DNA of 60,093 bases, the filler included, from Sphacelaria rigidula (Eukaryota): assembly GCA_964200075.2 (NCBI GenBank). It is 5 parts of 5 records of this genome, joined end to end, with 100 filler letters (N's around TTAATTAATTAA, not from the genome) between each part and the next. Parts side by side here need not be neighbours in the genome. Positions count along the whole stretch, not along the records: positions 24,081 to 36,019 come from CAXNAA020004312.1; positions 36,120 to 48,056 come from CAXNAA020004313.1; 3 more parts are not named here. One strand, given 5' to 3'. The notes beneath the pieces are model-generated. The model was given only the letters and a program-made list of their open reading frames with translations. It made no database searches and was not told where the DNA came from. The position numbers were made by a program, and so were the translations under genes. Positions 24,081 through 37,341 of the stretch are shown here, in pieces. Position 1 is the stretch's first letter. Each line of letters begins with the position of its first letter.

Positions 24081-25600
24081 CCACCCGACCAGATGCAGGT
24101 GTCGTCACGACATTAAAAATACCCTTTGCAGTAGCGCCCATAGGAGAAGGGCCATACGAACCAGATCACCATTCCCGCACCTCAAACGCTATACCAACTC
24201 TTATGTAAACCGATCCCATACTTGATACATTACGAAAGGGAGCGGCCTCGGAGGGATGGTACCCACTCATCACGAGGGGTACCCCCCCTGATGATGAGCT
24301 ACTTCCCCCCTGATGAGGGGGTACCCCCCGTGATAAGTTGGTACCCCGTAATCAGGGGGGATCAGCATACGATCCATATAACCTCCCTGATACGTACTCA
24401 TGATCATGCGTGCTCCATGATAAGCAGGCGTAAAAAACATCGTGTAATAGTAGTAAAGAACTCGAGAAGAATGTGTTGTTCGTGATGCATTCTGTCGAAA
24501 CAATTTCTACACACCACCACTGTCATAGGCTCATCGTGAGCCCCCTTGGTTATTATCGGTTTGAACAAGCGTACACACAAGTAGTCGTCGTTGTTTTTTG
24601 TAAAAATTGTCCCAAGGTTGTCGTAGGGGATGCTTTTGGTTGCGCGTTGTCTCCACTCATGAGCATCAGTCACATAACGCCAAGCCAACCCACAGCAGCA
24701 TGTAGGTTCTTCCGACAAGGAAGTAGTGTGTAGCAGGTGTTTGAGGGATGATGTGCAGGGAAACACGAATTGAAAGGGGAAAGACGAGGGAAAATATACG
24801 TATAAACATTATAGAAAAAATGAAAACCGGCCCGCCGGGGGGGGTGAGAGGGGGGTGTACATAGTGGTGCGGGATATCTTTTTTCGTGCACCCTTGTTTT
24901 TCCCGAAAAGCATATGATTTCCGTCCTTCGTTTACAACGTCAGAGCATGGATGGCAAAACTACCCAGTCGACGAGGGTCGACGCAGTGCGGCAGTATTGA
25001 TCCACTCCGCGATACCTTTTCCAAGGCGTGTACCGAGGGAAAGATGCATTGATCCCTTGAGACTTCAAGTGCTCTTTGGGCTACAGAATAATTCCTGTGC
25101 GGGGCCTTTCTGAAATCATTCCGTGATCTTAATGCTGCTCCAAGTGCCATCCACAGGGACACGCTCCATTTCACCCGCTTCATCGGCAAGCAGGAACCAA
25201 CACGCATACGCGATATCAATATTCATAATCCATCAAACACGTCTCGGAAATGCGCTTGCGAAACGGTAAAATTGGTGCGCCATCCGACGATCCGCGAATC
25301 GTCCCCCACCGTAAAACCGGCCCCAATACTAGCAGCTTAACTTTTGCAGCTTCACCCAAAAATATGATAAAGTATGGCAAACACGATACAATGAATGACA
25401 TTTCTGAGAGGAAAACATGGGAAGGCGTGATTACTATCTTATGAACATTATCATACTGCTCGTATTTGTGAGCTAAAAGTACACGACTATCACCTGGTTG
25501 GAAATATTGAAGATTGATGTGCACATGCCTACCTTCTTTGGAACACTCGAATATTGAAATGCTTCTGAAACATTCTACAAAAATATAAGGTCAAGAGAAA

Positions 25601-25672
25601 CGGTTCCGGAGGGCATCGAACCCTCGGCCTTGTGATTAACAGTCACACGCTCTGCCACTGAGCTACGGAACC
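25601..25672 (-). tRNA. tRNA-Asn (anticodon GTT)
   Basis: Reverse complement GGTTCCGTAGCTCAGTGGCAGAGCGTGTGACTGTTAATCACAAGGCCGAGGGTTCGATGCCCTCCGGAACCG. Full cloverleaf with a perfect 7-bp acceptor stem and no intron. Confidence 0.93.
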
Positions 25673-28483
25673 CCTGTTCTTAACGATGTGACCGGTTTTT
25701 TTACATGTGAACATGATGTTAAAAGCGACATGTATGTTGTCGTTTGCTCCCGGCAACCATGCAGCCCACCGCGCGTACCTGCACCCTCGCAGCGGTCAGC
25801 GGTAGGGCAGAAACATAGTGTTTCTCCTCATGACGTTCGGAATTTATGGTAAATTATCCGCATTCTACTCCTACTACTGCTTATTGTTGTCTCATTTTCC
25901 ATCACGGAAGCAACATAGATGAAAATATGCATGTTGTGTATTAGGCCGATACAAATCCGCCATTGTGCTGTATGCACCCACCACTGGCGGGTGGTTGATT
26001 GACGTGTTTCCTTGATTGATATATTGGGATTTTCCCCCCCAGGTTTTTCGACTTTTTCGGAGTGCTTTGATTTTTTTTCTCCCATTTTCGAAGAAAAAAT
26101 AAGCCGCGGAAAAAATCGATGCTACGAGCTGGGTCAGCTGTTCGTGTTTTTAGTCGGTAATCGGGTGACGCTGTGCTTAATTGAGGAGACAGGCGCTAAA
26201 ATTTTGACACATTTCCATCAACACACGTAACATCTATATCTCCAAGGATGCCACATGAAATGAAACAAAACAGAAAGTTAGAGCGATTTTAAATACAAGC
26301 AAGAACTAGAAAATATCAAAACTACGTGAAAAAAAAAACGGCGGCGTCCCCCGTCACGAATTTTTCACTTGCTCGTACTCGTACAACATTGTGGTAAAGT
26401 TCGAAGTTTCGGCTTATTATTATATAACTCCTGAAAAAATTGAGCCCAGCGTGCAAGTTTTTTTTGTGTGACACCGCTATGCCCCCCTAATCTACGTGAT
26501 ACTGTTTACGGGTGACTCTAGTACAGGAGATCACTAGTTCGAATCCTGACAGATGCTCTCTTTTAGCAGAACCTGGTTCCGCTATTGAGATTATACATTA
26601 TGCAGTACGTTACTGGTAGTTCTTTTTTTCAGCAGCAGAGCGTGCATGACCAGGTTGGTTTGCAGTTCAAAGCGATATATATTCTATAATGCTATTATTA
26701 TTACTTACTTCCTCTAACACATGAGTTAGCTCGATTACGTTCGCACGGATCCTTAACCGTGCCCGATACCGTTGGCGATGATATTTTTTAAATCTCTGTC
26801 ATTTTCCGAGTTGAAACCTTTTTTTTTTTTCTCGCGCAGCCTCGTACATGGGCAAGCGGCCCAAAAAAAAATCGGCGCAAAAAAGGTCATATTTCGCCCC
26901 TTTTTCGGGGGCGAAAAAACACCCAAAAAACCTTGTTTACCGCCTGCAGTGCCGCCTTCTTCGATGGAGAATAAGCAGCGACGGCCGCTCGCTACGAGGT
27001 TTGTTTGAGAGGTCAAGCTCCTGGATGCCTTCGGTCTGTGCTTGCAACGTTTCCATAGCTGTGCGGGGTATTTCAAGGCCAACACCGTAGCGCTGGGCGA
27101 GGGGGCCTGCAACACCCTTCGGCACCCTTATTTTGCTTGATGGATGGCCAGCGCTACCTCCACCGCCAGGGCATATCGGCGGCCCAATGATACCTCAATG
27201 CCCCGCTGGCGGCGTGAGGGGGTTCTTAAGGTCTCCGTCGTGATTGTGCCACGAAGGAGGGCGGTAAACGGACTTTTATTCAAGTGTTCTAAAGAAAAAA
27301 ATCTCGAAAAAATCCCGAATAAAATCTTGAAAAAAAAAAAGTTGGCCTAAATAGGGTATTTTGACCCCACAGATTCTCAATGATAGCAATTCGGATTTTT
27401 TGTCTTTTTTTTTTTCATGAGCATCTCCGTGACTGTAGCTTTGCAATGAACCTAACTGTAGCATCGCACGCTCTTCCGTTCAACATATATTTTCTGCGCA
27501 CCACAATCGAGCTAAGTTATGTGTCAGAGGAAGTATTGTTATTATTGTTGTTATCATTTTCGCACATTGGTCCGATCTCTCGAACCCGCGGTCACAACAG
27601 CGTGCATAAATCAGACTATTTCGGGAAACTGAAGAAATCGTTGTGCGCTGAGTGGTTCTACGTTCCACGACTGGCCCAGCTTGCAGACCTTCGGAGCAAG
27701 CTATATAATCAGTCTCAAATTAATCTATTGCCTGACCCGGATAAGAAACCTGCTCTCCCATATTTCGGGAAAATAAGTAGACACTGTTGTCCATAACAAT
27801 CCGAAATCTCGTCTGAAAAACAGGTCCCGTTAATAACGCTCCTAATTACGCGCTGCTGATAATATCATTGTTAATATTGCACACAGGATTCGCACAGACG
27901 CTATCTGTATAAATATACAGTATACAAATTATGCAACACGGTAAGTTTTATTTGTATAGTTCTTTTTTTACATGTAACAAGGATTACTCGGCACTTACTT
28001 GACAATAACCAATCTTGTCTCGGTTCGATTAAGAGAACAGGTGGGCAGAAAATATACCGTAAAACCGGTTCAAATATACTGTACTACTCGCACGTTATAC
28101 CTGGCAACCCTGTTACTACAATACGGACAAACAACACCACACTCTGGCCGGAAATTATCAACAGTGCTCCGTACGGACAAAATGCGGTCTAACTCCCGTG
28201 CTGTTTTTGTTTTCTTCGTTTAAGGTTTTTTCCATCGGGTTCACCACACGAGGAGGAGATGTGCGAAGATGTTGCAGACTAGCATGAATTATAGAGTGGA
28301 CCGATCAGTTGGTCTGTTGCTGTGATTGGTATGCTTCACGATACGAGTCTGCCAGTTGAGCCGCACAATGAGTAGAGAGAGAGATGCCGGGTTGACATTG
28401 CTCGGTATCCGTCGACGGGCCACTGCTTTTAAGGTTCTGGTTCTAACTGGGGTTATCATTATCGCTATCGGGGATTCCGACTA

Positions 28484-28743
28484 AGGCCCATGATATTCCA
28501 CACTGTTTTTTTCAGAGATTCCATAATATTTCGGACTTGACGGACTCTGCGTGCAGACTTCTCCGAAAACGAAGAAGCGGCTCGATTTTTTCTCCGAAGC
28601 TTCAAATTCTAACTGAAGCGCAGTACTTCGGGGAGCTGCTACCCTGTGTGTACGCCGTGGCACTCGCATGTACTCGAGAGTCATCAGGTCCCTTGCCGGC
28701 CCCGAAAACTTGAGAGAACTCCGGAATCGATAATGATGGGCCC
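28484..28743. mobile_element. Possible Harbinger-type MITE
   Basis: Short imperfect TIRs AGGCCCATGAT / ATGATGGGCCC. TSD unclear. Confidence 0.35.
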
Positions 28744-30581
28744 AAGGTTGGCGTTCGCGAAGATATCTCCGAAAAGTGCCCCGACTCTGTTGTCGCGGTG
28801 TGCTGTTGGCGGGTTGGTTATCATTTTCAGGAGATTTTAGCTCGAGCTTCCAGCAGAAATTACTATGTTAGGTGCCCTGGATATTTAAAAGTTGTACCTT
28901 GAACATGTTGAGGACTCCGTCGAAACACAGCGTAGCTCAAGCCTCCCTGTACGCGCTACATTTTCAACGTGTCGTCGCTCATGTCGAGTAACTTAAGAAA
29001 ACCTACGTGGCGTCGCGAGCCCGGTTACAGACCCGGTCCGCTCTTCAAAGACGTGAAATTGGACCAAGGTTTGACGTCTTGACGTTGTACCTGCTTCCAG
29101 TTATTATTCTGGTTCGACTGTTGTATGTTTGAGGCGAAACTCGAAGCCCTGTTGTCCTCTTTTGAATTACTCACTGTCCGACAGAGGGTGACATTAGGTC
29201 CCTTTGACTCCGTCGCCGGCGGGTTCTTATACTGCCTTTCATGGGGACCGATCCGTATTTGTATCAAATATGAGGATTCCAGCCCGTCTACAGGCAATTT
29301 TCTTCCGCGCATTGAGTTTTCGAGTCCGTTGGGCAATGTTTTTTGGCTAGCTGTGAGAAAACCAGATCAACTCTTGAATGCTCTGGGCGTTGGCTTTTGG
29401 TACACGACCTTTATTCTCAAATCGGGACACCCTCGCATCTTCCCCCATTTTGGGCCCCAAACTTCCTACCGCAGGAGCGCCTGTACATCGAGGAACCTCT
29501 ACATTTTCATAGGCTTGTGTAACGTCCTCCAAATATTTTGGGTATGACGTGACGTAGGTCTTGTCACAGTACTCGTACCTTGGTTGGTCAAGTTACCGTC
29601 CGTTTCTGTGATCATTTTTGGCTCGGGTCCAGATCTAACCCCCCCCCAAAAAAAAAAAAAAACGAACCGAGTCGATTCAGAAGTCGTTTTCGGCAAGAGA
29701 TGGGATCAAGACACGACCTCATCGCCAAATGTGCGCGGTCACCAGAAGCCCCACCTCCAAACAGGAAGCCACCAATGTCTGCATGATATTGTACAACTGC
29801 GCTTGGATGACTCTGACCACGACATCAGTGGTTAGTGGGTTAGTGGCACACTACGAAAGCTATTCCCCGACCCTTTTCCCCCGACAGACAAACCCCTTCG
29901 CCAAAACACGATAATAGAACCCTGCCCTTTCCCCAGACAAATCACATCCGGAGTATTACCTCGACCGACATATCGTGCGTGTGCCCGACAGGAGATACAT
30001 GCCAAGCGAGCGTCCAAGATGAGCGGCACTCCGTTGATAACGCCATCGCCTGCCTTCCTTGACACAACCACTGGCACGGCTGCGGCAGCACCTACCAGGA
30101 ATCGGAGGTGAGCGTGACAGCATTTTTTTTCGACTAGGCCATCGGAACGTATTCGAAACGTGCCTGTCAAAGAACACCCATGCGGCTGTTTCAGTTGGAT
30201 ATGGTCAAAGGCATGTACGAACGCTCGCCACGGCGAGGACTGCTCTGGGGCTAGTCGTGGTCCTTGAAGATTTTCTCATTCGGTTTCCATTTACGAGTCT
30301 CATTGCGACTTCGCTTCCGCCGGTCGCGCTTTTATGCGAAATCTTCATTTCGACTTCCTCGTCTGCGGACTTGTTCAGCAGCGGTGTTCGTGACGTATTC
30401 GCCTCACAGCGACATCTGCCCCATCTTCCTGCAGCGACTGCAAGTAGTTGTCAACCGTCTACACTTTGGGTGCAATGTCGAGCACTGCGTACGGGTACTG
30501 CGCATAGATGTGCAAAGAAAACGCGTTCGGTATTTTCATCGTGACTCATGCCCGCCTGCCAACGCTACTATTTTTGTACAG

Positions 30582-31574
30582 ACATTATTTGCCGCAACTT
30601 TCCCAGCCCCTGCGCGCCCCTGCTACATGGATGTCGACGGCAGGGACACGACCAAAGGCGTGATATGGACGTCTCAGCCCCTGCCTGAGCTGCATCCAGC
30701 TCAACAGCGTGGCGGCGACCACAGGGAAAACCGCACGAAAACAATGGCCAGGAAGAAGATGAGTACCAAACATATCGTTCAACACGCCGACGACCTCAGC
30801 GAGAGCACCGTCAGCAGCGGTGACGGCGACGACACCGAACAGAGCAGGGAACTTTTCCCGCAAGAGCACGAAGATTTTAACAAGTTCAAAGTTGTGACAA
30901 CAGCGGCCACGTCAGGCAGCATCAACGGCAACACAATCGAACCACTCGAAACAACAGCCACGATACCGGCGGGACTGGTCAGGAGGGAGCGACGCCAGCG
31001 CGGGCCGACGGGAAATAGAGGACCGGACCACGATCGACCCAAAAGCGGGTCGGAGACACCCGCTACGTCTGTGACTGGACGCACTCACGACAACCGCGGG
31101 CTGTCGTTGTCGTCGCAGGGTGCAAGGCGCACAACTTCAGCCCCTTCTAGACGAGTGGGCCAATCGGCTTCCGGGGATTCAGTGCTAATGTCGACAAATG
31201 GAATTCACCCGCACAAACCCCGTGCGGGTGAACAGCGCGGTGGATCGGAAGCTGACCGTCTGCAGCAAGCGTCAAGTAATCGCAACGGTATGAACAGTAG
31301 ACGTCACCTCGCCAACGGCATCTCTACAACGGATGCTGTTCGTGCTGGAAAAAAACACGAGCGGTTTCGCCGTAGTGATGGGGCAAGGGCAAAGCTCAGC
31401 ACTAGTGGTACTCTCAATAAAGAAAAAAACGGAGATGGGCGTAGATGCCAAGCTAGAGACGGGATGAGTGGTGAGTTGGACGGCGGTATGGAATCAGAGA
31501 TAGACGTGTCTTCCTGCGGAGATATGACCATTTCAAGCGATGAAGAAGCGGATGATATGGTATACGCCGGTTGA
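30582..31574 (+). CDS. Hypothetical low-complexity/disordered protein, large exon
   Basis: 3' part of the 436-codon ORF 30264..31574, with in-frame acceptor tttttgtacAG at 30580-30581. S/T/R/G/D-rich with an acidic end; no recognisable domain. Confidence 0.45.
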   Translation, partial: TLFAATFPAPARPCYMDVDGRDTTKGVIWTSQPLPELHPAQQRGGDHRENRTKTMARKKMSTKHIVQHADDLSESTVSSGDGDDTEQSRELFPQEHEDFNKFKVVTTAATSGSINGNTIEPLETTATIPAGLVRRERRQRGPTGNRGPDHDRPKSGSETPATSVTGRTHDNRGLSLSSQGARRTTSAPSRRVGQSASGDSVLMSTNGIHPHKPRAGEQRGGSEADRLQQASSNRNGMNSRRHLANGISTTDAVRAGKKHERFRRSDGARAKLSTSGTLNKEKNGDGRRCQARDGMSGELDGGMESEIDVSSCGDMTISSDEEADDMVYAG

Positions 31575-32684
31575 CTGTCAGCGTATTGCCTTCGGCGCTT
31601 GCTTTACAACGTGTTCGGCAACCTTGTTCTCTTGAATTTGGCATAAAGCGATTGGGTATACACATAATGCATTTTATTTACAGTGCCACATGCAGGAGGA
31701 AAGAGGTACCGAGTTTTCATGCATCTCAGGTCTCGACTACCCTCGACACGTTGGAGGATGGGGCTCGTGGGTTTGATTCGTGCGATCGGGTATCCGCTAC
31801 TACTGCCATACCCCGAACGTACTGCAGATGGATGAACCGTACTAATAAAGGGGGGAAGTAATGGTGAAAAACATTTGCGTATCCTGTTGAACCGTTGAGA
31901 TGTGGCGCGGTGACAGTGGTGGTGTGATGTCAGTGCGAGAGAGGAATGGGGGCGAGAACGAAGGTTCCACTCGCGAGACGAACACGTATGCCTTGTTTAT
32001 TGTAGCTCAGGCGCCCTTTTGTGCATTTTGAAGCTCGGGTTACGTGTTCACCGCAATTGTCCGGAATTTCTTCGCCAGAAGAAAAGTAGTCTGGAGCAGA
32101 GACAGCTTCCCCAAGAGCCCATGCTGATGTCCACGCGATAACCAGTCCACCGCCTCCCGATCACTTCGTCAGTGGGCGCTTTACTGACGCCTACTAAGGT
32201 CAGTGAAGCGCGTATTCTCAGGTGTGTGTTTTCTCATCAATTGTAGGGACGCTTAGCAGTCATCGGTCCTAATCGATCATTCGATGTATTCCGATATCAA
32301 ATACTGTGAGAGACAGTAATTTCGGTGATATCTGCAATACACTGATTGTGTGATCTACATATGAAATATTACATCACATCAGGCTAACGGGGCGTGGCGT
32401 GCATCGCTATGTCACCGTCTGTTCCCACGTCACATGATAATTTCTTGACTAGTCTTGCTGTAGTTCGAGACAGAGACAATTGTTTTCCCCGAGAGGTAAT
32501 AGGTGTCTGTACGCCACGAAAAAGCCAGGCAGAGCACGCGAGGGCGTAATTATCTATCGCACAGGGGATTGGGGGATCTCGGAGAAAATTAAACCCCACT
32601 TCGCAAGCTTCAACTCGGGCTGTTCTTGGGGGGCTGTTTACCAAATGGCCGAAGACGATGGTTGGTACGATAAATGACGTGCTG

Positions 32685-32980
32685 CTAACCCTAACCCTTA
32701 ACCCCGAGCAAGGCATGAGAGAACCTACGGGCCCGGGGGGGGGGGGGGCAGAGGGTGCCTTAGGCAAAGAGTTACTTGGCAGACCTCAAATCTGCGCCTG
32801 CAGCGGCCGATTTTGAACAAAAACATGAATGAGGTGCCACCAACCCTAACGGTAATCCTAGCCGTAACCTCGACCAAGGCAGAAGAGAACCCTGGGGCCC
32901 GGGGGGTGCAGAGAATGCCCTTGGCGAAGAGTGCGTTGGCAGCCTTCAAATCGGCGCCTGCAGCAGTCGTTGTGAACGAA
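32685..32980. repeat. Two ~150-bp tandem units starting with telomere-like CCCTAA motifs
   Basis: CTAACCCTAACCCTTAACCC...CAAGGCA..AGAGAACC...GGGCCCGGGGGG...TTGGCAG.C.TCAAATC.GCGCCTGCAGC occurs twice. Confidence 0.7.
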
Positions 32981-33128
32981 AACACGTACTGAGCGAGCTA
33001 GGAGCACTTATAACAGGACTGTCAGTCCCTCAAAATATCCAAATACCGGCAAACATTCTAAATACAAGTGACAACCATTGATACTGACCGCATGGAAAAC
33101 TCCATTGGAGGTGTTCTTGGCCGATTCA

Positions 33129-33327
33129 GGCCGTGTCTTAGCACTTTAGTTTCCGATCGAAAATATGCGGTGGGAAACAACAATCCCCATCTTATAGGTC
33201 GTAATTTCAACCATATCGTCGAATAATTTGCAAGATGGTTGAAATCACGACCTAACTTATCAGATTGGGATTTTTGTTTCCCACCGCACTTTGTCGATCG
33301 CAAAAAATTATGTGCTAAGACACGGCC
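33129..33327. mobile_element. Tourist/Harbinger-like palindromic MITE
   Basis: TIR GGCCGTGTCTTAGCAC / GTGCTAAGACACGGCC, 3-bp TSD TCA on both sides, and nearly the whole element folds back. Confidence 0.8.
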
Positions 33328-34884
33328 TCACCGAGTTCCCGTCCAGAATAACTCAAGTCGATAAGACGAGGACATTTTTTCACAGCGGGACGCGTTGCAT
33401 GTGCTACTACTGGTGCTCACTGCTGTCCCGCCTCTTTCTGTTGGTACCGTGCGCCTCTCCTTGCCTATCGGTCACAGCGAAGGGCACTGTGTGTCAAGTT
33501 TGGATTGATGTACTCGTGGTAGGGGTGGCTTGGTATACCTTACGGGTGTTAATTTAGTTAGAACGATGGCAGGACCATCTATCTGTAGTTCGTGCTATGC
33601 AATAATATTCCGAGCTTTTGGTCGAGCGTAAAATTTCGGTTAGGTGTTCAAAACGGCTACCACGTTCTTCGTTCAGTGCTTCCCGATAGATTTTACCGCG
33701 TAGCATCGATCATTGCATTTAACATGCGCAGTATTAGCTTGAGCAAACAAGAGCAAACCACCCCATGTCCACTGTTATACAGTGGTACAACCATGTCACC
33801 ACACCTTGTTCGTTGTCATTTATTTAAATCCTGGTTAGTTAGTCTCTTGTAACAGCGAATTTTTACCGGACAAAATGTACCACCAGGGTTCACGTCGACG
33901 TTTCTTTACCCCCTCGAAGTTATCGCGGGTATCGCTGACTTGGAATCTTGATGAATGCATTGCGCCAAAATTTCACGGGTTGTTGCCTTGTGATGTGTCA
34001 CACCAAAAACATTGAATCCAATCACATTTCGCGTTGCTATTAGTAGTAGTGTGCGGGAAATTTTAATGTGCACCCGGGTGCACGTTCTAAATCCATGTGC
34101 CCCCTGGGAAAATGGCAACAACGCGTGCGGGTGGTCAGTGCCGCATGACCACCCCGACCATGGTCACCTGGATTACACTTTTTATCGGAGTCAGCATAAC
34201 CAACGTAAAGTACATTACAGTACGGTACAGTATCATGCGTGTATGTGTTTTATATGGAAGTTTACAGCTGAAGTTAGGGATTTTTTGTCATTTTTTCGTA
34301 GTTGGCGATTGTCAATAGTTTCTTCGCATGCTACCGCTCATCCCAGTGAACGTTTGATCTCAAAGTGTGGGGATCGGGAGATACTAGGTATCCGCTCCAC
34401 ATTCCGCAACAAAATCATCTCTGCACTCAAATTTGAACGACTTACGGGCTGATTGATCCTCTGGGTTCCTGCGACTACCCAGCCCTGCATGAAGAGTCTG
34501 ATCTGACCAGGATGCAATTCACCCTTCATGCGAGTCTGATCCTTGGATATTTCTTGCTCAATTAAAACAATCTCCGTCGTTCTCGTGAACAAATATAGAG
34601 GAATTTGCCTTTAAAACTTCTACCCGTTCATCGCGCTAGAGCCAAAAAACTGTTTTTTAATTAATCAGTGACGGTCGATAACACCCCCTGATGAGCGAGG
34701 TTCTTACTCCGCATCACCCCGACAACACCAGCTTGAGGATTGTGTCCTGAGCACCACCTGCTTTTTGTCCCAATATCTATCGACGATAGGACTTTCGAGT
34801 GCTGAGGAAGAATACTATAAGAGTAATTGAAAAAAGTTTCAAACAACGAAAATTGCCCAACCGAGCTTTGCATAACATAGGGGA

Positions 34885-35452
34885 GGTGTACTCGTGATCT
34901 TGCATGCCGTAGTCATATCACCGTTGACCTCGCATCCCTACAAAGCCGGGACGGAGCACGCCGGGTTTCGCCGGACCAGGCTCGCAATCAATCACCACCG
35001 CGAAGCGCCGTGATGTATTCGGCGACTCGCATGAAGAGTGAATTGCATCCTGGTTAGATTGTTCGGCCCGAAGCGTATTCATTATCTTGCACACAGATGA
35101 CAGCCTCCGACGAGTTGCTCCATTTTCTGGTATCGCCACTTCCAGAGAAAGAGAGCTATGGCTTGCACACTGCCTCATGAGGGTCTCACCTTTAAGTCAC
35201 TACGTAGCATGACCATCCTCTTTGCGCGGAACTGAGGTTCTGCCACCCTGCACAATAATATATAGTTCGACCACCAAGATGGTTACCACGAAACAAGCGC
35301 AAGCGCGGAAAAAAAGACGGTAGCCTGGTTGCCGAGCTTACGCAGTGAGTGGCGTGTGTTTACAGCGTCATTGCCCACCGACGCCAACCCCATAGGAGTC
35401 TGTCCTTACAAAGCCGGGACGGAGCACACCGGGTTTTCGCCGGACCAGGCTC
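34885..35452 (-). mobile_element. ~570-bp non-autonomous retroposon, full-length copy
   Basis: Collinear with 38950-39509. Ends GAGTACACCTCCCC on the minus strand; G-rich tract 35454-35494 at the other end. Confidence 0.8.
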
Positions 35453-36019
35453 AGGGGGGAGGGGGGGGGCGTAGGCGGGGCGGGGGAGGGGGGGTAAACC
35501 AATCCCGATCGCTCTCGTGAAAAAGCTTACAGACCCTCGTTTTTCGTTTTACCTTTTCATTGCGCTAGAGTCGAAAATAAATATGTTTTGGACCAACAAC
35601 AGTCAATAACAACCCCTCTCAATTCAGCCCGAAAGTCGTTCAATATTGAGCGCAGAGGTGATTGTTGTGCCCGACTTTGGAGCAGATGCCTACAGTAGTA
35701 TTTCCCCATCCGCAAGCTTCGGGATCAAACGGTCGATGAGATGAGCGGTGGCACGCGAAAAAGTACCAATATTGAAATCGCCGACTGCGAAAAAATTACA
35801 AAATCCCCTATTATACTCGTAATGCAGTCGTAAACTACTACAATGATATATCGATTTTGATTCTTCCGCAGTAAAATGCCGAGGGTAGCCTTGAAAGTTT
35901 TGATGCCGCCCAAGGGTCTGTCGGGAGAAGATTTTTTTACACCGTACCCCCCCCGCCCCCCCCCCCCGCCCCCCCCCCCCCCCCCCCACCCCCCCCCGCC
36001 GCCCGCCTTCCCCGTTCTT

Positions 36020-36119
36020 NNNNNNNNNNNNNNNNNNNNNNNNNNNNNNNNNNNNNNNNNNNNTTAATTAATTAANNNNNNNNNNNNNNNNNNNNNNNNN
36101 NNNNNNNNNNNNNNNNNNN
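36020..36119. other. Artificial 100-bp contig linker
   Basis: N run with TTAATTAATTAA. Confidence 0.97.
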
Positions 36120-36235
36120 CTTACGCAGTGAGTGGCGTGTTTCATAGCGTCATCGCCGACCGACGCCAACCCCATCGTGGGTCCGCCCCTACAAAGCCTG
36201 GACGGAGCGCGCCGGGTTCTCGCCGGGCCAGGCTG
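36120..36235 (-). mobile_element. 5' part of the ~570-bp retroposon (cut by contig start)
   Basis: Matches 35337-35452 and is followed by a G-tract at 36238-36253. Confidence 0.75.
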
Positions 36236-37341
36236 AAGGGGAGGGGGGGGAGGTGTTGCACTGAAGCCGATACCCCTGTCCTATCCTATCGGTTGTCGGT
36301 TTCATTTTTTCGCGTAAAACGTCAGAGGTTGACGTTATTCCCTCACATCGTTCCCGCTGATGCTCTGCTTTGTTTCCGGGTTCCTTGCTTTCATTTCCGT
36401 CCCCTCTCAGTGTGCTTCCCCTCTTCCCCTCTTTCTCTCTTTCTCTCCTCTTTGCTTCCTCGCTTCGCTTCTTCCTTCCTTGTTTCTTTGCATTTTTCTT
36501 CCCTTATTGGTTCTTGTGCTTCTCACTGCTGCTGCTCTTGTTCTTGATTCGTTTTGTTTTCGTTTCTATTTTGTGTCGTTCTTGTAAAGCCGGTTTACCT
36601 GAAGTCATGCTGCCGGGCCCTGGTGGTGATTCTCTCTCGGAACCGATGCTACATCTTAGCCGAGAGCGTTTGTCGATTTTCTGTTTCCCTTTCGCTTTCT
36701 TCCCTTGTGGCTGTTTCATGTTCTTTCTTGCTGCCCTGTGTGCGCTGTTCGTTCTCTCCTGCCTTTGCCGTCTGTCCCCCATCTCGAGTTTACTTTTCAG
36801 CAGATCCACGATCAAGTGGGCCGCTCTTGTTTCTTTGCCGGATTGTACACAGTGTAAAAGTATTTTAGACCCCAGATTAATATGCATGACAGGTACTAGT
36901 AGAAAGCAACATACGTGAAGTTAGATTTGGCAAGGGGGAGGATGGTTTGGCAGGAGAGGGGGAAATTTCGACCCCCGACGGGTGATAACTACCGTATCGA
37001 GGGGGCTGTAATCTACCGTTTTGCCCTATTGTAGACTAATGCCGATGATCCTGAATATAGTAGAGGGTACATTAGAGCAATGGTTCAATTCATGTCTTTA
37101 CGAGTGGAGAACAAATGGAACAACCCTGCCCCCAGGGACAAAATCAACACACACACACGCATTACTTCCGCAGAGGGTGATATCAACCGTTTTGACCTGA
37201 AACTACTCACGAACGGCGATGCCCTTGGATGCGGAAGGCGCAGTACGAAAGTGCCTACACCCTACCCTGATATTTTATGGATCCATGTACTCCCACCAAG
37301 GAGATGAAATGTTTGCACCCCCCTCCCCTCCCCCAAGCACG

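Noticed and set aside
36370..36918. 182-aa hydrophobic ORF and the opposite Lys-rich ORF 36504..36887
   Set aside because: Products of a pyrimidine/purine-skewed low-complexity tract. No convincing splice or domain support, though a decayed exon cannot be excluded.
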